A stretch of DNA of 64,000 bases from Macrostomum lignano (GCA_002269645.1 NIVC01000017.1:303128-367127), one strand, 5' to 3'; counted from the first letter of the stretch, positions 35,174-47,450 are shown. Notes: a model not told the origin generated them from the sequence alone. Translations and numbers: made by a program.

Positions 35174-38127
35174 ATGATGTCTAGTACAAATTTCTTACAG
35201 CAACTACTCCCTACAATGCTGGTCCCACTGTTTACTGTTCTGGGTCTGTGCCTGGCTCTCTGCCAGACAGCCCATTCAGCTGGCCACTACAGCTCCGGCA
35301 GTCCTGTTCCAATCTACGTGAACAAGGTCGGTCCCTATTACAATCCTCACGAAACTTATCACTATTACGAATTGCCGGTGTGCCGTCCAGATACTATTGT
35401 GCACAAGTCCATGTCGCTTGGCGAGCTGCTCGACGGAGATCGGATGGCGGTGTCCATGTTCAATGTGAAGTTTAGCCTGCCTGCCACCAACACTTTGCTG
35501 TGCTCAAAGACTTTAACCGAGTCTGACCTGGCTCGCCTGCGCAGCGCCGTTGAGGATCTGTACTACTTTGAGTTCGTTGTCGATGACATCCCTGTTAGAG
35601 GATTCCTCGGCCACCTGGAGGAGGCCGGCCTGGTGCCGCACACGCATCGGGTTTATCTGTGGACTCATCTGGACTTCAAATTTTATTATAAGAATGATCG
35701 GATTGTGTACGCTTCGGTTGCTACCTCTGGAAAGGTATTCGCCTCGTTTCCGTTTCCGTCTTGGGGGGGGGGGGCAGAGCTGCTCAGCGGTGACGCATCC
35801 GACCCTCGCGGCCCAGACCCCTGGTTCGATTCCGCGCGCGGTCGGCCGCATTCATTTGGGGCTCGTGTGCACGCAAATTGGCCCAGGGGCGATTCACAGC
35901 CATGAGGGCCAGCCTCCAGTGCACAGAGTGTACATGCCTGATGATTAGATAGTCAGGGCCGCTTTACACCCTGGGTGAGCGTGTGTATGAATTGGTGCCT
36001 GCGTAAGTTTTTTAGATTGATGTTTTTTCCAAGTTATTTAAAAACTGCTGAAAATTTTATGATTAGAGAGTTTTTAGGACCCGGATTTGCTGGTTTTGAG
36101 ATGAAGATATGGCAGTTTTGAGAGACTGTGATTCGGCAGTTTTGAGATTAGAATTCGGCAGTTTTGAGATTGGAATTCGGCAGTTTTGAGATTGGAATTC
36201 GGTAGTTTTGAGATTGGAATTCGGCAGTTTTAAGATTGGGATACGGCAGTTTTGATATTTGGATTCAGCAATTTTTGAGATTAGAGATTTTGCAGTTTTG
36301 AGATTGGAATTCGGCAGTTTTGAGACGGATTCGCCGATTCGGTAGTTTTGAGATTGGAATTCGGCAGTTTTAAGATTGGGATACGGCAGTTTTGATATTT
36401 GGATTCAGCAATTTTTGAGATTAGAGATTTTGCAGTTTTGAGATTGGAATTCGGCAGTTTTGAGACGGATTCGCCGATTCGGTAGTTTTGAGATTGGAAT
36501 TCGGCAGTTTTAAGATTGGGATACGGCAGTTTTGATATTTGGATTCAGCAATTTTTGAGATTAGAGATTTTGCAGTTTTGAGATTGGAATTCGGCAGTTT
36601 TGAGACGGATTCGCCGATTCGGTAGTTTTGAGATTGGAATTCGGCAGTTTTAAGATTGGGATACGGCAGTTTTGATATTTGGATTCAGCAATTTTTGAGA
36701 TTAGAGATTTTGCAGTTTTGAGATATGGAATTTGGCAGTTTTGAGAGACTGGGATTCAATAGTTTTGAGATTGGAATTATGCAGATTTGAGATTGGAATT
36801 CGGCAATTACCTGGTGATGATGGCAAATTAATTCCACACTTCGATTCCCACCCCGCAGGTCGACCTGGACGAGATCACCCCCGCCAGCCCGGCGCTCCGC
36901 TTCACCTACTCCGTCAGCTGGGTGCCATCGGCTGTGAGCTTCGAGGACCGCGCCCAGCTGATCAGGGACACGTCATTCTTCCCCAAGAGCCTGGAGATTC
37001 ACTGGCTATCTGTGATCAATTCCCTTGTACTCGTGGCCCTGCTCATCGCCTTTGTTAGCGTCATCCTCTGCCGGATTCTGCGACGCGATTTCGCTCGCTA
37101 CAATCTGGACGACGAGGGTCCGGCCGGCTCCACCGCCGCCGAGGCCGCCAGCCTTGACGAGGACAATCTTGGCTGGAAGTCTGTGCACGCCGATGTGTTC
37201 CGGCCGCCCGGGCACAAGTGCTTCTACTCGGCTGTGGTTGGCGTTGGCGCCCAGTTCCTGTCCATCGTCACTGGCCTGCTGGGCATGGCCCTGCTGGGAC
37301 TGTTCAACGTGCACAACCACGGCAGCATGAACTCCGCCTGCGTGCTGCTGTACGCGCTGACCTCTGGTGTAGCCGGATTCGTGTCCTGCCGCCTGTTCCG
37401 TCAGCTGGGCGGCGAGCGATGGGTTCGCAACGTGTTGATCACGTCGGCACTGTTTGCCGTGCCGCTGTTTTTGGTGTGGGCAGTTGTTAACTCGGTGGTC
37501 TGGGCCTACGGCACCACCCAGGCCCTGCCCTGGTCTACAGTGCTGCTGCTGCTGAGCCTGTGGCTGCTGGTGGGCTTCCCCCTCACCATTGTTGGCGGCT
37601 CGTTCGGCAAGCGGGTGCCAGCCGGGCTGGACGCGCCCTGCCGCACTAGGAACATTGCTAGAGAGATCCCGCCCCTGCCCTGCTACAAGAGCTGGCCTGT
37701 GCACTGCCTGATCTCCGGGTTTCTGTCATTCAGCGCCGTGTCTGTAGAGCTGTACTATGTGTACGCCACAGTGTGGGGCCGGCAACACTACTCTCTGTAC
37801 GGCATTCTCACTCTGGTGTACGTCATCCTGCTGTTCGTGACGGCCTGCGTGTCCGTCACCACCACTTATTTCCAGCTGTCAGCCGAAGACTATCGCTGGT
37901 GGTGGCGCTCGCTATTCAGCGGCGGCTCGGCTTCGCTGTTCGTGCTGGCGTACTCGGTGTACTATTATTTCTGGCGGGCCAGCATGTCCGGCGCGGTGCA
38001 GGCTGTGCAGTTCTTCGGCTACAGCCTGTTGCTGTGCTACGTGTTCTTTCTTAGTCTGGGCGCCGTGTCGTTTGTGGCCTCGTTTCGGTTCGTTCGCTAC
38101 ATCTATGCCAATATCAAGATGGACTGA
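35174..38127 (+). CDS. TM9SF1: Transmembrane 9 superfamily member 1, 2 exons, ~609 aa
   Basis: Exon 1 35174-35734 (signal peptide; [28 protein letters not shown]; ends SGK|gtattc). Exon 2 36859-38127 after ccccgcag| (FTYSVSW...[16 protein letters not shown]...EDYRWWWRS...YIYANIKMD). The exact start Met is uncertain. Confidence 0.95.
35775..36010 (+). mobile_element. Probable tRNA-derived SINE in the TM9SF1 intron
   Basis: Box A-like CTGCTCAGCGG (~35780) and a canonical box B GGTTCGATTCC (35823-35833) at tRNA-like spacing, then an unrelated body. I could not form a complete cloverleaf. The 3' boundary is uncertain. Confidence 0.55.
36105..36805. repeat. Satellite with ~22-bp monomers (GCAGTTTTGAGATTGGAATTCG) organised as a 140-bp higher-order repeat
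   Basis: The variant monomer ATACGGCAGTTTTGATATTT recurs at 36241, 36381, 36521 and 36661 (period 140). Confidence 0.92.
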
Positions 38128-38726
38128 AGAGTCTGAGGATTGGTCTTGGCAGGGTAAATGCGATTTTTTATAACGCTGTTCTGCATGGACTCTTGCACTC
38201 TATGTAACATTTATTTTCCCCTCTACAGCCTGTCGGGTCACAGCTCTTCAACATCAATTGTACTGAATGTATCTATACCTGAATATTGATCTTTGCGTAT
38301 TCGGCTTACATTCATTATCTGTGTTGTACGATATGCTTATTATGCTGCTTTAATAGTGCCGCGTTAATTAATTTTTGTTTAAAACTGAGTTTTTCTCGCA
38401 TCGAACAAATAATATTAATTTGTTTTATATTTATTAATTTATATTTTCATTTTATCAACATAAATATCGTTTTATTGTTAGAGGATGTATGTCAATTTTG
38501 GCTTGTTTTTTCTGGTTACATAGTTTATCTATTTAGTGCATCACAGTCGTAAAAATTATTTATCTGCTCAGCAACATGCAGACTCTGTGCCTCATTCTGT
38601 TACTGGCGTCATTCCAGCTCTTATTGTTTGCCTTTTTCGTTTGCACAGAATGACAAAGTGGAGATTACTTAAGTTTGATTGTCATCAATTTATCATCAAT
38701 TTTAGGCAATTATACAAGCATGCATA

Positions 38727-39268
38727 GGGTGGCTGGTGTCCTAGCTAGTGTACATTGGGGTGGCTGGTGTCCTAGCTAGTGTACATTGGGGTGGCTGGTG
38801 TCCTTAGCTAGTGTACATTGGGGTGGCTGGTGTCCTTAGCTAGTGTACATTGGGGTGGCTGGTGTCCTTAGCTAGTGTACATTGGGGTGGCTGGTGTCCT
38901 AGCTAGTGTACATTGGGGTGGCTGGTGTCCTAGCTAGTGTACATTGGGGTGGCTGGTGTCCTTAGCTAGTGTACATTGGGGTGGCTGGTGTCCTTAGCTA
39001 GTGTACATTGGGGTGGCTGGTGTCCTAGCTAGTGTACATTGGGGTGGCTGGTATCCTAGCTAGTGTACATTGGGGTGGCTGGTGTCCTAGCTAGTGTACA
39101 TTGGGGTGGCTGGTGTCCTAGCTAGTGTACATTGGGGTGGCTGGTGTCCTAGCTAGTGTACATTGGGGTGGCTGTTGTCCTAGCTAGTGTACATTGGGGT
39201 GGCTGGTGTCCTAGCTAGTGTACATTGGGGTGGCTGCTGTCCTAGCTAGCGTACATTGGGGTGGCTGG
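38727..39268. repeat. Minisatellite, 31-32-bp unit GGGGTGGCTGGTGTCCTAGCTAGTGTACATT, ~17 copies
   Basis: Visible tandem array. Confidence 0.96.
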
Positions 39269-39728
39269 ACTTTAGGTTAAATTTGGAATAAAAACATGTT
39301 ATAGGCCGGCTATTATTAGAAATTTTTTCATTATTCCTGCCTAGACAAACTGTGTGGTAAGATTAATTGTTAACCAAGAACTGTTCCATAATTTCTTTAT
39401 GTATATGCTACACGTATTCTTCATAGTGGTTAATAGCTGTATAATCATAAGTAGGCTGAGTTCTTGGGTGTAATATTATACTTCTGGTTACTGTAGTTAC
39501 TACTATTAAATATATCGGCTGTGTTCTGTGAGCTATTTTGAAACTAAGTAAATACTTTTCTTGTCTTGTTTCCCACTGTCTTTGTCATTTTATTGCTGGG
39601 GAGTTGATCTACAAGGCAGATCCGATAGCAATCATTAGAGTAAAAAAGTAAATTGTGAGCACTGTCCAAGCAGTGTCTTCTAATGCCTAGTTAACACAAC
39701 AGTCTAACACCGTAGCTGCCACTAACAC

Positions 39729-40231
39729 TAGTGTCCCTGACACCCCTAGTGTCCCTGACACCCCTAGTGTCCCTGACACCCCTAGTGTTCCTGACACCCC
39801 TAGTGTCCCTGACACCCCTAGTGTCCCTGACACCCCTAGCCCTAGTGTCCCTGACACCCCTAGTGTCCCTGACACCCCTAGTGTCCCTGACACCCCTAGT
39901 GTCCCTGACACCCCTAGTGTCCCTGACACCTTTAGTGTCCCTGACACCTTTAGTGTCCCTGACACCTTTAGTGTCCCTGACACCTTTAGTGTCCCTGACA
40001 CCCCTAGTTTCCCTGACACCCCTAGTGTCCCTGACACCTTTAGTGTCCCTAACACCTTTAGTGTCCCTGACACCTTTAGTGTCCCTGACACCCCTAGTGT
40101 CCCTAACACCTTTAGTGTCCCTAACACCTTTAGTGTCCCTGACACCTTTAGTGTCCCTGACACCCCTAGTGTCCCTGACACATTTAGTGTCCCTGACACC
40201 TTTAGTGTCCCTGACACCCCTAGTGTCCCTG
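39729..40231. repeat. Minisatellite, 18-bp unit AGTGTCCCTGACACC(C/T)(C/T)T, ~28 copies
   Basis: Visible tandem array; it produces the repetitive ORFs at 39687-40287. Confidence 0.96.
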
Positions 40232-40919
40232 AAAGCCCTCCTTTCCCCATTTATTCTTTCATAAATTTCCCAACATACTTTCGTCACGGACTGAGTTTAC
40301 CATCTCGACATCGCCAATCGCCCTGCATGTCACTCGTTGAGCAAACAAGTCTTTAAAAAGCTGCCTGTTGAAATGGTGTTCAATAGAAGCTATTACTATG
40401 TTAGCACAATATTCCATGCATCTGTGTAAGCAAATATTTGATTTGAGCAGCACTCAGCTCCCCTTGTGCGCCATGATCTGCCCTGTCTGCGTTGTCTGGA
40501 ATTATGAAATAGGAATTGAAAACTTCAACACTGACCCATTGAGTACACCATGCAGTGTGTAGTATGTTGGGATGGGGATTTAGCGAGTGAAAATGACTGA
40601 GCGATCCTCTGGTGTGTGTTGGCCACAATATTTGCCTAGGGTAAACACAAATCGGCGGCTGATGAAGAAGAGGCTGTTCTGTATTGTCAGCGTTTTGGCA
40701 ATCCGCGAGTTGGCTGCATAAGCTGCTGGGATTTGAATTGAACGATCGGATTTCATCCATCCCATGCTATGTGCGGCTTGAGGTGCGATGGCTACTCGTA
40801 TGCTGAGCTAATCACTTCGCCTGGGAATGAGGGCTAGTTTAAGCAATCCCCCAGTGGATTGCCATTTTCCACTTTATGGAATTTTTCAATCATATTCCTG
40901 CAAGTTTAAAACTGAAGAT

Positions 40920-41425
40920 CTCAGTCAGGAAAACTTCAGGATAGTCAGCTTCAGTTCTGAAATCCTCAGTCAGGACTTCAGGATAGTCAGCTTCAGTTCT
41001 GAAATCCTCAGTCAGGAATACTCCAGGATAGTCAGCTTCAGTTCTGAAATCCTCAGTCAGGAATACTTCAGGATAGTCAGCTTCAGTTCTGAAATCCTCA
41101 GTCAGGAATACTTCAGGATAGTCAGCTTCAGTTCTGAAATCCTCAGTCAGGAATACTTCAGGATAGTCAGCTTCAGTTCTGAAATCCTCAGTCAGGAATA
41201 CTTCAGGATAGTCAGCTTCAGTTCTGAAATCCTCAGTCAGGAATACTTCAGGATAGTCAGCTTCAGTTCTGAAATCCTCAGTCAGGAATACTCCAGGATA
41301 GTCAGCTTCAGTTCTGAAATCCTCAGTCAGGAATACTTCAGGATAGTCAGCTTCAGTTCTGCAATCCTCAGTCAGGAATACTTCAGGATAGTCAGCTTCA
41401 GTTCTGAAATCTTTGGTCAGGAAAG
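40920..41425. repeat. Minisatellite, 45-bp unit, ~11 copies, upstream of the bHLH gene
   Basis: Unit CAGTCAGGAATACTTCAGGATAGTCAGCTTCAGTTCTGAAATCCT, with 15-aa periodicity in the ORF track. Confidence 0.96.
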
Positions 41426-41499
41426 CTAGCATTCATTCAGCAGGCATTCCCTAGCCGCCATCTTCATAGTGTCCCAAATTAGCCTAAAATTGTCCATGA

Positions 41500-41595
41500 G
41501 AAGAGGCGGGCGGCGCCGCCGGTCTCAGCCAATCAGCTGCGAGCTGCTTTGATGAAGAAGCTGCTGCGCGGTAGGTTGCAAGCTATTTAAAAAGG
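41500..41595 (+). promoter_or_regulatory. Putative proximal promoter of the bHLH gene
   Basis: GC-rich GGCGGGCGG (~41506), CCAAT (~41530), E-box CAGCTG (~41535) and TATA-like TATTTAAAA (~41584), about 45 nt before the ATG. Confidence 0.5.
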
Positions 41596-41632
41596 ATGAT
41601 GCTGCGTTCCCAGACCTGTCAATCAAGCAGAG

Positions 41633-41926
41633 ATGACTTCAGAGCACCAGCATCTCCCAGCCTGTTGCGCCGGCGCCATACTGACGCAGAGACGCAACCA
41701 GCGAGAGCGCGAGCGGGTCCGCTGCGTTAACGCCGGCTACGCCAAACTGCTTGAGTCACTTCCGCTTAGCAACAGGAGCGGGTTGGAATCGCCCGAGAAT
41801 TCAGGCGGCAGCGGCGGCGGCGGCAGTAGCCGGCTGAGCAAAGTACAAATCCTGCGAGCTGCCATCGCCTACATCCGGGAGCTCCAGCGGGTGCTGGCGG
41901 ATCTGAGCGAAGGACGACCATCTTGA
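41633..41926 (+). CDS. ASCL: Achaete-scute-like bHLH transcription factor (class b, ASCL3/4/5-like), intronless, 97 aa
   Basis: Basic helix RRNQRERERVRCVNAGYAKL and helix 2 RLSKVQILRAAIAYIRELQ. The RVRCVNxGY signature fits ASC-b. Confidence 0.88.
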   Translation: MTSEHQHLPACCAGAILTQRRNQRERERVRCVNAGYAKLLESLPLSNRSGLESPENSGGSGGGGSSRLSKVQILRAAIAYIRELQRVLADLSEGRPS

Positions 41927-42180
41927 CGTGCCAAGGACTGCCATTTATAATCATATTGCGAGCCAGCGAGTGGACTGGAAACCCTGCACATATACCGTGT
42001 AAACAATGCATACAATGTAACCTGACCAACTTGATTGTTTTTATTGTTATGACAAACCAATACATGAAAATTCGTTTATAACTGCTTTTGTAAAATTCTC
42101 CTTTTGCAACCCTGCAGGATTCCGGTCGTTTTCTTTTTTTACCTGTTTTTGTCAGTTAAAAAGCAATTCGACTTATTGTT

Positions 42181-42950
42181 ATGAGAATTTCAATCCAAAT
42201 CATAAAATCTCACCTTATGAGAATCTCAACCCAAATAATAAAATCTCCCCTTATGAGAATCTCAACCCAAATAATAAAATCTCCCCTTATGAGAATCTCA
42301 ACCCAAATAATAAAATCTCCCCTTATGAGAATCTCAACCCAAAAAAGAAAATCTCAACCTATGAGAATCTCAAACCAAATAGAAAATCTCACCCTTTGAG
42401 AATCTCAAACCAAATAGAAAATCTCACCCTTTGAGAATCTCAAACCAAATAGAAAATCTCACGCTTTGAGAATTTCAAACCAAATAGAAAATCTCACGCT
42501 TTGAGAATCTCAAACCAAATAGAAAATCTCACGCTTTGAGAATCTCAAACCAAATAGAAAATCTCACGCTTTGAGAATTTCAAACCAAATAGAAAATCTC
42601 ACGCTTTGAGAATTTCAAACCAAATAGAAAATCTCACGCTTTGAGAATTTCAAACCAAATAGAAAATCTCACGCTTTGAGAATCTCAAACCAAAAAGAAA
42701 ATCTCACGCTTTGAGAATCTCAAACCAAATAGAAAATCTCACGCTTTGAGAATCTCAAACCAAATAGAAAATCTCACGCTTTGAGAATTTCAAACCAAAT
42801 AGAAAATCTCACGCTTTGAGAATCTCAAACCAAATAGAAAATCTCACGCTTTGAGAATCTCAAACCAAATAGAAAATCTCACGCTATGAGAATCTCAACC
42901 GAAATAGAAAATCTCACCCGAAGAGAATCTCAACCGAAATAGAAAATCAT
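42181..42950. repeat. Minisatellite, 35-36-bp unit GAGAATCTCAAACCAAATAGAAAATCTCACGCTTT
   Basis: Visible tandem array, with 36-bp variants at the left end. Confidence 0.95.
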
Positions 42951-43419
42951 GGCTCTCGTGCTAAAATTATACGCCAGACCAAGAGAGGTCGAGATGAAGA
43001 GGCCAGCTCCATACACAATAAGGAGCTTCCGTCTTTTCCGTTTTTTCTCACTCGCTGTCTGTCTATCTTTCTTAATCTGCATTTTTTATAATCCAGCTAC
43101 TTTCACTACTTAAAAGACATTTGTGTTTGTTTAGGAACCCCCCCCCCCCACTGTGCAATTAAGGTTGCAACAGAGGAGGAGCGGAGAGACAGCGGTGACA
43201 GAGCGTGAGCCGTCTCAACCCCTAGTTTTGCATAGCTAATGAGCGATGAAGGTGTGACTGAAGTCTGGTCTGTCTGTCTTGAAAAAAAAGCATGAACCAC
43301 CCACACAGCATGCCCACTTTGAAGTGAGGTCGACTAGGGGGGTGACGTCACTTAAGCAGTTCAATTGTTGAATAATTGTCTAAAGTGTCTGACCTGCAAA
43401 AAGCATTGTGGCTTTTTGC

Positions 43420-44240
43420 TCTCCTTACAGCACAGCTTTGGCGCCCTTACAGCACAGCTTTGGCGCCCCTTATAGCACAGCTTTGGCGCCCCTAACAGCA
43501 CAGTTTTGGCGCCCCTTACAGCACAGCTTTGGCGCCCCTCACAGCACAGTTTTGGCGCCCCTTACAGCACAGCTTTGGCGCCCCTTATAGTACAGCTTTG
43601 GCGCCCCTTATAGCACAGCTTTGGCGCCCCTTAAAGTACAGCTTTGGCGCCCCTTATAGAACAGCTTTGGCGCCCCTCACAGCACAGCTTTGGCGCCCCT
43701 TATAGTACAGCTTTGGTACCCCTCATAGCACAGCTTTGGCGCCCCTTAAAGTACAGCTTCGGCGCCCCTCAGAGCCACAGCACAGCTTTGGCGCCCCTCA
43801 CAGCTACAGCTTTGGCGCTCCTTACAGCACAGCTTTGGCGCCCCTTACAGCTACAGCTTTGGCGCCCCTTATAGCACAGCTTTGGCGCCCCTTAAAGTAC
43901 AGCTTTGGCGCCCCTTATAGAACAGCTTTGGCGCCCCTCACAGCACAGCTTTGGCGCCCCTTATAGTACAGCTTTGGTGCCCCTCATAGCACAGCTTTGG
44001 CGCCCCTTAAAGTACAGCTTTGGCGCCCTTTATAGCACAGCTTCGGCGCTCCTCAGAGCCACAGCACAGCTTTGGCGCCCCTCACAGCTACAGCTTTGGC
44101 GCCCCTTACAGCACAGCTTTGGCGCCCCTTACAGCTGCAGCTTTGGCGCCCCTCACAGCTACAGCTTTGGCGCTCCTTACAGCACAGCTTTGACGCCCCT
44201 TACAGCTACAGCTTTGGAGCCCCTTAGATAACAGCTTTGG
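43420..44240. repeat. Minisatellite, ~23-24-bp unit CAGCACAGCTTTGGCGCCCCTTA
   Basis: Visible tandem array with a GGCGCC core. Confidence 0.95.
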
Positions 44241-44391
44241 CGCAATACAAAACATTGCTATTCTTGTGAACAACTTCCAACACAAATTATTTATTAATCA
44301 CTATAATTTTAAAATAGTGTCGTACCCTATACTGAACTTTCTTTTCCTAGTCTTGTTTTGCTGCACTTTAAAAATTTGTATATGCTGTGAT

Positions 44392-44576
44392 ATTGCTGTG
44401 AAAATGAAACCCAAACTAATGACTTACGCGTTTTGCACTCAGTCAACGCAACAAAATTTGCGATCGTGCCGCCCCAGCGCTTGACGTCATTCACGTCTGG
44501 CAGGTTGAGAATTATTTTTAGTTCGATTAGTGCAAAACGCGTGAGTCATCAGTTTGTGTTTCATTTTCACAGCAAT
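44392..44576. mobile_element. 185-bp MITE-like inverted repeat (~50-bp arms, ~4 mismatches)
   Basis: ATTGCTGTGAAAATGAAACCCAAACTAATGACTTACGCGTTTTGCACT pairs with AGTGCAAAACGCGTGAGTCATCAGTTTGTGTTTCATTTTCACAGCAAT. Confidence 0.7.
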
Positions 44577-44884
44577 TAGTCATCAACGCTGTTGAATCCA
44601 ATTTCTCAGCTGGTGCTAATACGGCTCACCCCGACCCCTCTCTAATCACGCCACTGCAAATCAAAGCTTTGGCTGAGATGAATTCATCTTGTTAAAATTA
44701 CGCAGTCGTCGCCTAATTTATGTCCATACATGGAATTTTAAGGCGTTTCAAGCCACTATAAATATGAGATGGAATTCAGCCCATCGCCAGTGAGCACCAG
44801 TTCGTCCCAAGCCGGTTGAGCAGATTGAGAAGACTTTGACTAAAGACAAGAATCAAAACTAGAAGACCGCTTTGTGTAGCCACC

Positions 44885-46588
44885 ATGAACGGTAAGTGTC
44901 TCTTGTCTGCATGCATTCTTCTGCAGGACATCCTGACCTGATCTTAGATTCCTGCTGGGATTAACATTTCTGAGTCTCTCCTAATCTGAAACGAATTGTT
45001 CTTCCGCCCTTCCCAATCTTCTTCCGCCCTTCCCAATCTTCTTCAGCCCTTCCCAATCTTCTTCAGCCCTTCCCAATCTTCTTCAGCCCTTCCCAATCTT
45101 CTTCAGCCCTTCCCAATCTTCTTCAGCCCTTCCCAATCTTCTTCAGCCCTTCCCAATCTTCTTCAGCCCTTCCCAATCTTCTTCAGCCCTTCCCAATCTT
45201 CTTCAGCCCTTCCCAATCTTCTTCCGCCCTTCCCAATCTTCTTCCTCTCTTCCCAATCTTCTTCCTCTCTTCCCAATCCTCTTCTTCCGCCCTTCCCAAT
45301 CTTCTTCCGCCCTTCCCAATCCTCTTCCTCTCTTCCCAACCTGCGTCCTTCCCTTCCTAATTCTCCAAGTGGTTTCTCTATGCTTCCCTACGGAATTCTA
45401 GTCTTTTAAAGCTCCAAGATCTCTAATGCACACGCAGCTTTCGCCTTGGTTCTACTTGTCGCCATGGCAACTGCTTGCTGCGAGGCCAGACTTTTGCGGC
45501 TATCGCAGTCACAGAAGATGGCCTTCCTCAAGGAGCACAACCGGCTGAGAGCGCAGACCGCCAAGGGGCACACAAGGGGCCAACCGTCTGCTTCAAACAT
45601 GGCTGAACTGGTAAGCCGGCTTCCGGAAAATCCTTACTAGCGCCGATTCTGCACTCGAAATTGTGCTCAAGCAGCTCATAGAAATCCTCCTGTACCTCTC
45701 CCATCGCGCAGGTGTGGGACGACCGGCTGATGCGCAGCGCCAACCGGTGGGTTCGAAAGTGCCGGGTCGGCCACGACCGGGCCCGCGACCGACGACTGCC
45801 GGGCTTCAGCTGGGTCGGGCAGAACTGGGCTGGCGGGCACAGCCGCGACTTCACCAGGTGAGCTAGTGGGTCAGGCTATGCTCCTAGTGGGTCAGGCTAT
45901 GCTCCTAGTGGGTCAGGCTATGCTCCTAGTGGGTCAGGCTATGCTCCTAGTGGGTCAGGCTATGCTCCTAGTGGGTCAGGCTATGCTCCTAGTGGGTCAG
46001 GCTATGCTCCTAGTGGGTCAGGCTATGCTCCTAGTGGGTCAGGCTATGCTCCTAGTGGGTCAGGCCATGCTCCTAGTGGGTCAGGCCATACTCCTAGTGG
46101 GTCAGGCCATGCTTCTAGTGGGTCAGGCCATACTCCTAGTGGGTCAGGCCATGCTTCTAGTGGGTCAGGCTATGCTCCTAGTGGGTCAGGCTATGCTCCT
46201 AGTGGGTCAGGCTATGCTCCTAGTGGGTCAGGCTGCTTGCAGCTAGTGGGTCAGGCTACTAAGCTTCTAGTGCAGGGTCATGGCTTGAATCCCGCCGCCC
46301 CCCCCCCATTGCAGATACGTTCGCATGTGGTTCAACGAGTACAAGTACTACAACTACTACAGAAAATCTTGCTCGAAGGTCTGCGGCCACTACACGCAGG
46401 TGGTATGGGCAAAGACGACCCGCGTGGGCTGCGGAGTGGCCAGGTGCGGCAGGTACCCGTACCACGTGGTGTGCAACTATGCCACTGGCGGCAACTTCAA
46501 CAACGAGTTCCCGTACGCCAGGGGCAGGCCGGCCAGCCGCTGCGGTCGGCGCTTCCGGCGCAGGCGGAACGGCCTGTGCGTGGCCTGA
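44885..46588 (+). CDS. Secreted CAP/SCP (venom-allergen-like) protein with Arg-rich C-terminus, 4 exons, ~199 aa
   Basis: Exons 44885-44891 (GCCACC ATG AAC G|gtaagt), 45438-45610, 45712-45857, 46315-46588; 600 nt in frame. Signal peptide MNAFALVLLVAMATACCEA. CAP motifs EHNRLR, VGQNW, MWFNEY, CGHYTQVVWAKTTRVGCG, VVCNYATGGN. Confidence 0.9.
44998..45345. repeat. Minisatellite, 20-bp unit TTCTTCAGCCCTTCCCAATC, in CAP intron 1
   Basis: Visible tandem array. Confidence 0.95.
45863..46272. repeat. Minisatellite, 21-bp unit CTAGTGGGTCAGGCTATGCTC, starting 5 nt after the CAP intron 3 donor
   Basis: Visible tandem array, ~19 copies. Confidence 0.96.
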
Positions 46589-46995
46589 AAGTCGGACAGG
46601 CCCTGTTTTATTACTGACGATACTGCTCCCCAGAATGTTTTATGGATGCTCTGCTAAATCGAGTTTTAAAATGTCTGTTTTTATGGTGCTTAACAGTTTT
46701 AAAAAATATTCCATTTAAATATATCGATGCAATTGCGACTTATTTCGACTGCTATATTACAGCAAAAGTTGACGAGATAATTAAATTACCTCATTTACTC
46801 CGTAAGCTTAAGCAAGAAGTTCTATACGTAGGCCACTCCAATTGTAAAGATAATGAGCCAGCACTGCTTGTCTATGCTAGTCTGGCCTCTCGAGGTAAAA
46901 CAAACACTTTTTTCACTCCGGGTTGCTAAGAGGGTCTCAGAAATTAGAAACAGACTAAACATTTTACCATAGAACCTGTGATTGTCTTACTTTGT

Positions 46996-47450
46996 CCATA
47001 GACAACAACTGCGATAAGTGCTGATTTCGCATGCGTCTTCTCAAGCTATGTCTCGTCTGCCAGCCGCACTTATTAATTGGAAACCTCTTCCTGTCGACGC
47101 CTTAAACAGTGCAAATATGTAAGAGTTGCAATTTTTGTCTGAACTACGCTTGAATAATAACCGATACCAAAGGAAGCTCATCAGACGAACAAGTTACTGC
47201 AAGCCAAGACTTGCATCTTTCAATTAGCAAGTTCGACAACTATACTTTAGCACCTAAAGGAGGAGACCAACCAGTGCTAAATCATCAGGCTTAAGTGTCT
47301 AGCATCTTTGGGAACTGCCGCTTTGAGAACTGTATCTATTTTGCACCTATTTTAAGCCTATTTTGTTCATTTACGAGCTACTCCTTGCTGTTCTGTATTT
47401 AATTAACAAAAATACTCTGCGATGAATGTTTTGAATCCAAATGTCTATGG
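46996..47450. repeat. Second, shorter and inverted copy of the dispersed repeat at 14557-15296
   Basis: CCATAGAC at 46996 and GTCTATGG at 47443-47450, with internal blocks shared with 14557-15296. Confidence 0.7.

Noticed and set aside
35775-35850. Functional tRNA gene
   Set aside because: Box B is canonical, but acceptor and anticodon stems could not be paired; treated as a SINE head.
39687-41432. Repetitive ORFs (VSGTLG, VRDTKG, TEADYPEVFLTEDFR)
   Set aside because: Open in several frames and on both strands because the 18- and 45-bp units lack stops; no unique coding flanks or splice support. A real repetitive protein cannot be fully excluded for the 45-bp array.
45458-45471. Perfect RFX X-box-like GTCGCCATGGCAAC
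   Set aside because: It lies inside the signal-peptide codons of the CAP gene, far from the ciliary gene SPAG6; probably coincidental. No convincing X-box was found upstream of SPAG6.
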